Shown here in pieces: positions 33,831 to 45,000 of a stretch of DNA of 64,000 bases. The stretch comes from Perkinsela sp. CCAP 1560/9 (lineage: Eukaryota; Protista; Euglenozoa: Kinetoplastea): assembly GCA_965644495.1 (NCBI GenBank), contig CBFFSA010000031.1, positions 34,694 to 98,693 on the forward strand. Direction: 5' to 3'. Numbering within the stretch: the first letter of the stretch is position 1; every line of letters starts with the position of its first letter. The notes under the pieces were generated by a model, which ran no database searches, had not been told where the DNA came from, and was given only the letters and a program-made list of their open reading frames with translations. The position numbers were made by a program, and so were the translations under genes.

Positions 33831-34540
33831 CGAAGTCAAGATACATCCCATCCCCACAGTTCACGTTGATGATCATGGCTCGTCTAGGGTTGGCTCACAG
33901 CGAGATGCCCAATACAATACTGTGCCCCGGATGCAAAATGATACTCGAAGCGAAAAATGCGTTACCACACTTCCTGGGATGTGTGAAATGTTTCGGCTCA
34001 AATGCTACTACACGGCACAATGCCTTAGTTCGACACATATACGATCTGTGCCTGAAAGCTGGTCTTCCGTGCGAGCGAGAGCCTCGGCAGTTCTCGACAT
34101 TTCGTTGTGTGAAGTGTGCAGAAACGGTGGCTGATGGCCAAAAACTACATCATCAGAGGAAATGTGGCACACATTCGTTTCACCGCAGTGGACCTGACTT
34201 AGTTGTGTTCTGGGCGACAGGCGAAGTTTATTACGATCTCACAGTAGTCAACGAACTTGCGAAATCACACTTGGGAAAAAAAGCGAGTCACCTATTACAA
34301 GAGGCTCAAAAAAAGAAAGTCGCAACATATGTGGACTCCAATTTAATTCCGCGCGAGCAATTCGTATGCCTACCGCTTTTGACAGGTGGTGCCATGAACA
34401 AGAGCACTATAAATTTCCTCCATAGCCTCGCGGATGCAAACGGATTCGAACGCCGTCATATTCTTGAGGACTTCAAGTTGCTTCTTTAAGAATTGAACGG
34501 AGCTCTCCTGGCTTCGCAACTGCGAAAGACAATGCAATAA
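33827..34540 (+). pseudogene. CRE family D' piece 3 (CCHC + RLE)
   Basis: QAKSRYIPS.. continues the DWL of piece 2. Motifs CPGC, RHN, EPR, GPD, YYDLTV. Premature TAA at 34487-34489. Confidence 0.85.
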
Positions 34541-34821
34541 AACAGGTCATCTCATATTACAAGATGTTAATATTGAGGGAGATACGGAGTATCTAACTCG
34601 CTTACTAAGGTTAATTCCAAAACTTGAAAATGCCCCTCAAAGAAGCGAGAGATCGAGTTTTTTCAAAATTTTAAAACGTAGCAGTAGCTCATTAGATGAA
34701 CTCTTTAATACTCAAAAAATCATCTACAACGACCTCATTTCCCAAATTGTAGAACACTTTTGGTAAAAAAAGTGCGTCTGCAAAGGTCTGCGATACGACA
34801 AACTGGTTGACTAAGGAGAGT

Positions 34822-34901
34822 CCTTTGAGTAGTCCAGTTGGTAAAGGGGTTCCATTTTGACGCTGGATGTCCGCGGTTCGGTTCCCGGCATCGACATTTT
34901 T
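34822..34901 (+). pseudogene. Degenerate tRNA-like sequence (Pol III A/B-box-like, possible TTG anticodon)
   Basis: TAGTCCAGTTGGTA (A-box-like), GGTTCGGTTCCC (imperfect B-box) and a T-run after. The acceptor stem does not pair. Confidence 0.3.
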
Positions 34902-35064
34902 GAACAAAAAAATTTATGTGCTCAAAATCGCGAAAAAAACAAATTCGGAACGATTTTTTTTTCAGATTTTTTTTTCTTGAAAAAAGTGGCCAGCTGGCCA
35001 CCAAAAACACGGTTTGCATTTTGTATATATATAGAGAGAAAAATAATGTGCAGGTCCGAATGGT

Positions 35065-36470
35065 ACAGTGTAGCTACAGTGGACCTTGAGAGAGTGAGAG
35101 CAGTGCCACGTGAGGCAGTGATTGCACAGTGATGCAGTGCAGCTGCAGTGGCACGTGCCAGAGTAAGTGCACTGCCACGTGAGGCAGTGACTGCAGTGAT
35201 GCAGTGTAGCTGCAGTGGCACGTGAGAGAGTGAGAGTACTGCCACGTGAGGCAGTGACTGCAGTGTAGCTGCAGTAGCACGTGAGAGAGTGAGAGTACTG
35301 CCACGTGAGGCAGTGACTGCATCGGCACTGTACCTACAGTGGCACGTGAGAGAGTGAGAGCAGTGCCCCGTGAGGCAGTGATGCAGTGTAGCTGCAGTGG
35401 CACGTGCGAGAGTAAGAGTAGTGCCACGTGAGGCAGTGACTGCAGTGTAGCTACAGTGGCACGTGAGAGAGTAAGATTACTGCCACGTGAGGCAGTGACT
35501 GCAGTGATGCAGTGCAGCTGCAGTAGCACGTGAGAGAGTAAGTGTGCTGCCACGTGAGGCAGTGATTGCAGTGTAGATACAGTGGCAGAGTGACAGGCAG
35601 TGCCACGTGAGGCAGTGACTGCAGTGATGCAGTGCAGCTGCAGTAGCACGTGAGAGAGTGAGAGTACTGCCACGTGAGGCAGTGACTGCAGTGTACCTGC
35701 AGTAGCACGTGAGAGAGTGAGAGTACTGCCACGTGAGGCAGTGACTGCATCGGCACTGTACCTACAGTGGCACGTGAGAGAGTGAGAGCAGTGCCCCGTG
35801 AGGAAGTGATGCAGTGTAGCTGCAGTGGCACGTGCGAGAGTAAGAGTAGTGCCACGTGAGGCAGTGACTGCAGTGTAGCTGCAGTAGCATGTGAGAGAGT
35901 GAGAGTACTGCCACGTGAGGCAGTGACTGCAGTGTAGATACAGTGGCAGAGTGAGAGAGTAAGATTACTGCCACGTGAGGCAGTGACTGCAGTGATGCAG
36001 TGCAGCTGCAGTAGCACGTGAGAGAGTAAGTGTGCTGCCACGTGAGGCAGTGATTGCAGTGTAGATACAGTGGCAGAGTGACAGGCAGTACCACGTGAGG
36101 CAGTGACTGCAGTGATGCAGTGCAGCTGCAGTAGCACGTGAGAGAGTGAGAGTACTGCCACGTGAGGCAGTGACTGCAGTGTAGCTGCAGTAGCACGTGA
36201 GAGAGTGAGAGTACTGCCACGTGAGGCAGTGACTGCATCGGCACTGTACCTACAGTGGCACGTGAGAGAGTGAGAGCAGTGCCCCGTGAGGCAGTGTAGC
36301 TGCAGTGGCACGTGCGAGAGTAAGAGTAGTGCCACGTGAGGCAGTGACTGCAGTGTAGCTGCAGTAGCACGTGAGAGAGTGAGAGTGCTGCCACGTAAGG
36401 TAGTGACTGCATCGGCACTGTACCTACAGTGGCACGTGAGAGAGTCAGAGCACTGCCACGTGGGGCAGTG
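35065..36470. repeat. Complex minisatellite of ~50-65-bp variant units rich in CACGTG and CTGCAG
   Basis: Recurring GCACGTGAGAGAGTGAGAGTACTGCCACGTGAGGCAGTGACTGCAGTG with higher-order repetition. Confidence 0.9.
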
Positions 36471-36519
36471 ACTCACGTTGAGTGAGTCCACTGAGTGAGT
36501 CCCACGGGGGTGGGAGAGT

Positions 36520-36685
36520 GTTGTGGAAGAGTGGCCAGCTGGCCATGTTGTGGAAGTGACCATGTTTTGGAAGTGGCCATGTTGTGGAAGTGACCATGTT
36601 TTAGAAGTGGCCAATTTGTGGAAGGGTGGCCAGCTGGCCATGTTGTGGAAGGGTGGCCAGCTGGCCACCAAAAACACGGTTTGTG
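36520..36685. repeat. Short repeats (TGGCCATGTTGTGGAAG) and GTGGCCAGCTGGCCAC palindromes
   Basis: Seen directly. About 36653-36682 duplicates 34986-35015, so the pair brackets the minisatellite. Confidence 0.8.
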
Positions 36686-36775
36686 CTTCGTCGAAAAGTG
36701 GCCACCTGGCCTTTCTGTTCCTGGGAAACCTGTGATGTGCCTAGTCAACCTATGCCCGCAGAGGCGACCCCACTC

Positions 36776-37530
36776 GCACATTGATAATGCATAACGTGCC
36801 GCACATTGATAATGCATATAGCACATTGATGATGCATATAGCACATTGATGATGCATTATTTGGAAATTAAAGGTGTTTTCAAGAAATAGTGAACACTCG
36901 TCTCTGCTCCCGGTGAGGCCCCGGAGTTGCGAGAGGCCTCCATACCCCACAACTACCACCTCCCCCCCCTATTTAGCGGGGGTCGCGCGAGCGGGGTGAG
37001 GCCCTGCTACATAGGGGGGGAAGGTGGTAGTTGTTTTGGGGAATATGAGAGGCCGAACGCACGGAGGGGCCGGCCGGGCCAATGAACCCAGACACCATAC
37101 CCAACCCCTAGCAAAGCCTAGACCTTGTTTACCCGTTTGCAAGACAAGAATGTGTGTCGTTAGTGGGAAGCAATTTGCGAAGTCGAAAGGCTGTGTGATA
37201 TTAGTGTAACGCGCATAAGTACATGCCCGTGTGTATATAAAGGACGCACATTTATGGATAAGAATCGGATGTCTTTGTCACTCTTATCAATGTGCTATAT
37301 GCATTATCAATGTGCTATATGCATTATCAATGTGCTATATGCATTATCAATGTGCCGCTTAATATGCATTATCAATGTGCCGCTTAGTATGCATTATCAA
37401 TGTGCTATATGCATTATCAATGTGCTATATGCATTATCAATGTGCTATATGCATTATCAATGTGCTATATGCATTATCAATGTGCTATATGCATTATCAA
37501 TGTGCCGCTTAGTATGCATTATCAATGTGC
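36776..37530. repeat. Two oppositely oriented 20-bp arrays flanking a core with an ~86-bp hairpin
   Basis: (GCACATTGATAATGCATATA)n at 36776-36857, its complement at 37284-37530, and a hairpin at 36949-37034. Confidence 0.85.
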
Positions 37531-38769
37531 GGGCGCCGACTAGTGAATGGTACGCTAATGATTGAAGATGAAATCATTGTAAAGAACGAGAAGACCAAAG
37601 AAGAATTAAGCTCATACATTAAAGAAAATGGAAGGCCTGGTAAAATTTTGGATTGCACAGCCTTCTCAATAGCTGGCATCTCGGCCTCAACAGTAGACGG
37701 AAATCTTTCGGCTGAATTTCGAAAAAGTGATATTGATGATGAGCTTGAAATTGGGTGCGGCTTCTCTTACACCATTCACAAAGTACAGGGAGCTACTCTT
37801 ACAGAAAATGTCTGCATAGACTTGAACCGCAGACCAACATGCTATCACAGCAAGATGTTGTGTCATGCCTCGGTGTACGTGGCCCTCTCAAGAGTAAAAA
37901 GTGTGAGTCAACTTTGGTTACTCCCTGAAAGAAGTGATGGAGGCTTTAGCTACTTGGAAAACTTGCGACCCAACGCCGACGTTTCGAAATTCGTGAAACT
38001 TATGACGCAGAAGGAAGGCAATGAAAAATACGTACCTGAAAAAACTCTGTACCGTTGCCCTCCGCCATCTAAGAAAAAGAAACTGCAAATAAAGGGGGAA
38101 TACCCTATGTCGCGCGAAAGTGAAACTTACACGCGACCCCAGTTAAAAGATCGGACGCAAGACAATCAGTGGACACAACCTGGACAATTTATACCGGACA
38201 CAGTTATAAACACTTTAGGTTCAGTACTTTCAAGCCCGTCTGAAAGATATCAAGTATTGGATAGTTCTGTGACAACTACGATTTTTAAGAGATATGCCAC
38301 ATCAGTAGGGGATTTACCGGCAGAAATAAGAACAAGAATTTTCTTGGCTGACCGCACTGCCGTTCCATTCTTTTTCAATCAACACTTCGCTCTATGTGTT
38401 ATCGTACCGCATGAAAATAAAGAAGGCGGAAAGTTACTTTGGTTCGATTCCCTGCCTAACCACAATCCGAGGAGAAGAACTGAAGTGCTCTTAGATGTGC
38501 AAACTGTTGCGCAAAATATCTTTCACGGAGCACATGGCTGGGAGATTATACAGGGCTCAACCTTGGTGCAAGATGATGGCACCAATGACTGTGCTTTATT
38601 CGTTTGCCGTTGGATGATTCAGTGCGCAACTCCAGGTCTCGAAACACCTCCTGAACTGTCTCGTACGGAACTTGCTCAGATCGTCAGCCGGGAATCGGTA
38701 GAAGCGGTATGGGCAAAAGAGCGAAGAACAAGAAATACAGTGGAACAAGAAATGTACAGTGGAAAATAG
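37531..38769 (+). pseudogene. Helitron/Helentron RepHel C-terminal fragment: PIF1 helicase motifs V-VI plus Ulp1/C48 protease
   Basis: YTIHKVQGATL and YVALSRVKS, followed by NQHFAL, WFDSL, VQDDGTNDCALFVC. Confidence 0.8.
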
Positions 38770-39114
38770 AAAAGAAATTAGAGTAAATTGATACGAAAAT
38801 CACATTCATTTTGAATACCTTCTTCGTGAGAAGAGGGTCCTCAGACAATTATCTCTCGCATTGACGTGGCGTCTGAGCTTAATGCCTGTTGGCTAACCAA
38901 GCAGAGATACATAAAGAACTGTCAACGAACGAAATGTTCCGTATGCACGACCTGGTGTAAGTGTTGGGGGAACCTCGGTTCCGTCTCACTGAGCCAGTGA
39001 ACGTGCCCATAGGTGCACTTTTGCATTATTAAAGTACAACATAAAGGGCTCAATGCTTAACATAAACAAGACGTAAGTAGAATCGAACATAGACCTCCCA
39101 GAGGCAAAATGTTA

Positions 39115-39678
39115 GCCGGGCGGGCCCCTCAAAAAAAAGATTTCAGAAGCCTGTTTTCTTCAAGATTACCTGCCACGAGGTAAAGCACTCCCCGCGCCAG
39201 CGGGTCTGCACCGCCTCGAAGGGCCCGCCGGGCGGGCCCTTCAAAAAAAAGATTTCAGAAGCTTGTTTCCTTCAAGATTACCTGTCACGAGGTAAAGCAC
39301 TCCACGCGCCAGCAGGTCTGCACCGCCTCGAAGGGCCCGCCGGGCGGGCCCTTCAAAAAAAAGATTTCAGAAGCTTGTTTCCTTCAAGATTACCTGTCAC
39401 GAGGTAAAGCACTCCACGCGCCAGCAGGTCTGCACCGCCTTGAAGGGCCCGCCGGGCGGGCCCTTCAAAAAAAAGATTTCAGAAGCTTGTTTCCTTCAAG
39501 ATTACCTGTCACGAGGTAAAGCACTCCACGCGCCAGCAGGTCTGCACCGCCTCGAAGGGCCCGCCGGGCGGGCCCTTCAAAAAAAAGATTTCAGAAGCTT
39601 GTTTCCTTCAAGATTACTTGTCACGAGGTAAAGCACCACCTGCGCCAGCGGGTCCGCACCGCCTCGAACGGCCCGCCG
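39115..39678. repeat. 112-bp tandem repeat, 5 copies
   Basis: GCCGGGCGGGCCC at 39115, 39227, 39339, 39451 and 39563. Confidence 0.92.
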
Positions 39679-39682
39679 TATA

Positions 39683-39885
39683 ACCCAGATTGAAAGGGGC
39701 GAGGGAGATACGAAGCAACAGGCGTGGCAGATTCCCACTGAAAAGAAATGGTATCTCCCGCACGAAGTTTGTCTCCGAGCTAGAAAGCACAAAGGCTTTG
39801 CTCGTGCGGGGAGATACCATTTCTTTTCAGTGGGAATCTGCCACGCCTGTTGCTTCGTATCTCCCTCGCCCCTTTCAATCTGGGT
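39683..39885. mobile_element. Fold-back MITE with ~83-bp terminal inverted repeats, TA-flanked
   Basis: ACCCAGATTG...CAATCTGGGT with a 1-nt difference between arms and a ~36-nt loop. TA at 39681-39682 and 39886-39887. Confidence 0.75.
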
Positions 39886-40049
39886 TAGAAGATTTTATCA
39901 TTACTAAGATCACTATCAGATTACAACCAAACATTAAAATCCTACAAAATCCTGCAAACCATGGTAGTGGGACATCCTCAGACAGCAGTAAAAATATTAG
40001 GCGCATACATCGGTCAGGATAGAATGGTAAATGAATGCTTATTAAAGAA

Positions 40050-40960
40050 GTTCGACAAACACGATGTATGCGTAAACGAGGCGGTTTATGCAATGACACT
40101 ACCGGCATTCGCGTACTGCGATACGTTAGCCTGGTGGTAATTTCCGTCGTCGATTCCGTCGAACCTCTTGTTTCCGTCGTTCCTCTATGCGCGTCTTCGC
40201 CTCGATCTAACGGTTCTTGACTTGTAGGTTGTGGCATTGATTGCAGTGCCATCGGTGCTGGTGGTGGTGCTGAAGGTTGGCATGTTATTTCGTTTGGTGG
40301 TGATATCAGTTTCGACGACGAATGCGGCGGTGAAGGGGCTTGACGACGATTACGTGCTGCTCGGGTGGGAAAGTGGGAAGGGAAATGAGCGGCTAGCGTA
40401 TCGTAAAAGGATGAGGTTTTCTTGGCCGTCTGTTGTGGTGTTGATCGAGGTGGGCTCAATGGTGGAGGCAAAGAGGGTGGAGATGGTGCGATCGGAGTTG
40501 GCATCGGTTCAGGTGGTGATATCTTTCGCAGTGTCGACTGTTTCGCTTGGACTGTTGATCGAGGTGGGCTCAATGGTGGAGGCAAGGGCGGCGGAGATGG
40601 TGGGTGCGGTGTCGGAGTTGGCATCGGTTCAGGTGGTGACGTCGTTCGCAGTGCCGACTGTCGTTGTGCTGGCGAAGATTTTGGTGTTGATCGTGGTGGT
40701 GACGGCACGGCCTGTGGCCCCAATGATGACGGAGCTGGTGGTGTTAGCGGTGGTTCCGGCGGTGACTGTGGCGCCGTTCTTGACTGTGGCGTTCTTGACT
40801 GTGGCGTCGCTGCCTTTTCCGCGTGGCGCTGGCTTTTCGTCCGACGTGTGGGGGGGAGCGACTGGACGACGGGAGCTACTCCCGTCTCTTTCGCTTTGGC
40901 ACGCGTGAGCATGCCCATTTTTAGAAAAGAGTAGGAAAAAACAACAACAACAACAAACTA
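40050..40960 (-). pseudogene. CRE-like family G 5' fragment (Pro-rich N-terminus)
   Basis: MGMLTRAKAKETGVAPVVQSLPPTRR starts at 40918; no RT follows. Confidence 0.8.
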
Positions 40961-41146
40961 GACACCTCTACCCCCAACAGCGCAAACAAACACCACAACC
41001 TCGCCATGCAGCACACCATTGTATTATATATAGGAGGTATATATTGTATTGTATATAGGAGGTAGCTTAGGAGCATGGATTGATCGCTGATTTCTTCGGT
41101 TATACCTCTCCGGCTTGGCATCGGTGAAAAAGATGACTACATGGAC

Positions 41147-41430
41147 CAATGGCCCTCGAGCGCCCAAAAACCCCATTCAGCTCGGGCCCCTCTTCCACGT
41201 AGTTTGCATTTTTCGGACCAGTTTCGAATGCGTGAAAAGTGGAATGAAACGGAGCAACGGCCCTCGAGCGCCCAAAAACCCCTTTCAGCTCGGGTCTTTA
41301 TTCCACGAAGTTCGCCTTTTTCGCACCAGTTTCGTATGCATGAAAAGTAGAATGAAACGGGGCAATGGCTCTCGAACGCCCAAAAACCCTATTCAGCTCG
41401 AGCCCTTATTCCACGAAGTTCGACTTCACC
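41147..41430. repeat. 108-bp degenerate tandem repeat (~2.6 copies)
   Basis: AA(T/C)GGC(C/T)CTCGA at 41148, 41256 and 41364. Confidence 0.8.
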
Positions 41431-42006
41431 GCACGAAACCTAAAACTGGCGTGTGCATAGCCTCGGGGTTTACACGAGAGACATGCAGGAGCGGAAAGTT
41501 GAAGTTGTTTCGGGAATGTTGAGAATAGTTAAAGGCTGCAAGTTGCAGCTAAAAGGTTGTATGCCCTTCTAAAGCTGAAGGTGATTTTCCGGCATTATAA
41601 AAAAAGAGATATATCCGCTTTATTGTATTCCACCTCATTCCGCCTGTTTCTCCATCACACCTTTCAATTTACTCGGCGACACTCGATGCTCCACGATTTT
41701 GTGGGCGGGTGATCTGTTCGCTCGTTTCGTATTCACGTTCCCAAATGCACCTCTCTCAGGTAAAGGGTGTTTTCTGTGGGCTGTCCCGGAAAAAAACGGG
41801 GGCCTTCAATCAAGGCAATATCGATCTTTTTTATATCGGATCCAATCTCCATGCGAAGCGATCATATACAGAAGTAACAAAAATGAAATTCAACTAGTAG
41901 TAGATATTTCTGTTGGTGTTTCAATACTACATAAGAAGTGTACAAAAGCTATCACTATAAATTCCTTTTCGAAAGAATCGTAGATTGATATATCTTTTTG
42001 ACTAGC

Positions 42007-45000
42007 CTATATTGCGTTAGTAGTTTTCCGAAAACGAAAGCGTTCAACGCCACGTCTGTCGCCACCTTGAGAAGGGATGTCATCCAGCCTAATGCACCTG
42101 GAGGGCTTATCTTCTAGGTTTCTATCCGAGGGACACCACATAACTTCTGTAATGTACCCCTTCACTTTGAACCAAAAAAGTTTCTTAAGCCAACTCATCA
42201 CTTTTGGTGGGCCTGCCCGCCAACGCGTTAGCCATGAAACCACATTCTTGTTGTCGGAAATTAAAGTGCTATTCCGTAAGTTTTTTTGTCTAACTAAATT
42301 CATCCCCTGCTCCGCGGCATACAATTCTTTATATGCAATCGATGAATCTTTCAACCAAAAGGGAAACCTTCCAGCCTTATATTTTAGGTCGCCGTGCTCT
42401 GTCCAAGCCAAACCCCACCCTTGATCAGAGGCATCCACAAAAATTTCAAAAGAAGCGACGCTTTTTTCGTTTACTTTTCGAGGGCGATTCTCCTCTACTG
42501 TGTCAATAAGCTCTACAAGATCTGCAATGAACGCCTTTGACATAAAACAGGGTTTGTCCCATAAAGATTGATCGAATGCTAGCCTACGGGATCGACCCCG
42601 GACCCACAACATGACGCCTAAGAACTGACATTGCTGGATACCTAGAATTCGTGTGGCCCAGAAAAGAGTACCCAGTACCTTCCAAATTAGGCGATGAGAG
42701 GGAAAGAAACGACGTCGCTGCAAACATTGAAATGCCTCGCGTAGTGCAGCTAACTTTTGAAGAAAAAGTACGGGGAGTGAAAGAGTTTTCTGCTGGAGAT
42801 CCACGTGTACTCCCAATATTGTGCCGCTCACCGTTGGTTGTGTAGTTACCAATATTTCGGCACCAGCACGGTCGGCTCGCTGCTGAATGTTTTGCAAATC
42901 CCCCGTGAGAGTTTCCGTATCATTCGCAAAACTATAGCCGTTATCTATAAATGTCAAAATTCGCTGTTTTTCTATTCCCTGGTACAAGACATTTGTCGCG
43001 GCATGGCCTATTTTCACCGACGCCTGCCAACCCATCGGGAGCGTAGCCCATCCGTATGTTCGCCCTTTGACACGGACTGCGAAGTAAGGGAGCAGCTTTG
43101 GCGGCAAGACGAATTGATGGTACCAACTCTTGCCATCCGTTTCGCAAAAGAAATTGTATTTGGCTACCATGGTCTCTATATCTTTCAAAGATGCAAGGTC
43201 TAGAGGGCCTGGTACCATCTCTTGCATAGAGTTTAGCGGAATCGCGTTTAAGATGACACGCATAGATTGCTTCTTCACTTTGGGTATCAAAAATGATGTC
43301 ATCCATACTCTTACCGCTCGTCGTGGAATACGCTTCAAAATACCTGCTTGGAGCATCTCGCGGAGCACGCGTCCTAATTTTTTTGATTCGCCCCGATAAC
43401 GCAGATCACGGAACTTTTTCAACAATTGCATAAACTTTTCTGGATTAATAATATAATCAAACAGTTCTGCCTCTTCACTCATATCTTCTTCCTTAGCCAT
43501 TCTGACTAACTCGGTCAGATTGATTCTGGCGGACGAGACGGCGTCCAGCGGCCAATCTCGTTCACAGGGACGGGTTCTCTCTCCACGCTGGATTCGTCGA
43601 TTGTCAGGGAAGTGTATATTGACGTAGGTGGGGTAGGCGACGAATTCATACAGTATTTCCCACGGAGAGGTGCTCGCACCGACAGGTGCGGCGACGCAGG
43701 CTCGCCCATTACGGTGCTGAGCCTCGTCTTCTTTAAGTGACGCGCGTTTAGCGCTGTCTGAACTTCGTACTGGTCCTCTAGCGATGTTCCCTCCCCCACT
43801 GCGTTCACGTAGTCCGCAAGTTCTTTCTCCATAGCTCGCTTCCTTTTTCTGGTTTGTAACGGGGCGGTTAAGTCGGCTTTCAGCGGGTCTACTAGGTATC
43901 TCGGGACCCGGGACTTCGGAGGACTTGTGTCCGTGATAGAACCCTTCGGAAGCATGTGAACTACTCCTCGAGAGAAATCTTTTCGACACCATGTGGGGTT
44001 TTCGCCTTCGCCCATTTCGCGTAGCACCTCGCGCTCTGTGGTCAGGTACGGATAAGGTAGCGTCTGTTGAGGGATATGCCGATGAGGAGTGTAATAAGGG
44101 GTGGGAAGGTGGTGAGAGTCGAATTTCTGAAGTCGAGAAACGGGAGTTCGTGGATGATCTTCGTCCATCGGGATGGGGGGTAGCATTGCTCCTGCCTCGC
44201 GTGGTTGTTGTTGTTGTTGGAATGCCTCGAGTGGTGTGGGGAGGGATGGCGGGATTGATTCGCGAGGATCGGGAGTTTCTGAATGATCTTCCATCATCAC
44301 GGGAGTTAACAAAGGTTCTTCCTCGCGTGACGTGAGGAGGGACGGCGGGATCGTGTTTGTTGGCTCGGGAAAACGTGATTCGAGAGGTGTCTGCAGCCGA
44401 TGACTCACGCCTGTTGGTACGGGGAGTATTGGTGGGTCTGTACGAGGGGTTCGGCTGGGGCAGAGCGGAGTGGAAATTACTCGTATGTTGTTTACACAGC
44501 TTGAAAAGCTTAGGCGTCTGGGGAGGCTCGCCCTCTGCAGGATTCCCCACCGATCTTTTGGTGTTGAGCAATTCGATTGAGTGACCACTCCCATCGTTTG
44601 ATCGACGGATAGAATTGATCTGGGTCCGTTCGTCGGTCTTACCTCTTTCCTCAATGACTCGGGAGTACTTTCCTGCTGTATTTGAATGCTTCCCGTCTCC
44701 ACGATAGTTTCGAGCGGCAGGAGTGTCTCTTCGGATGGTGTGAATCCTCTTTTCTCTTCCGACAGGGTAGTTCTTGGCTCGTCGAGATCTGGCTTTTCTT
44801 CTCTCCGGGATGTCGTGGCTTGATTGTGACAAATTTCCCGGGTCTGCGTCGTAGGATGCTCGAAAGGCACGGCTACGTATTGTCCTAGTTTTCGAGACAC
44901 CTCTAATCCCGCTATCGCTCTTGGGTCTAGAAACGAGCCGAGATACGCCCGCAGGGAAGCTTCGGAAACGTGCCGAGTCAGTTGCTGTATCGCTACTGCA

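Noticed and set aside
35074-36677. Long His/Cys-rich ORFs
   Set aside because: They are translations of the minisatellite.
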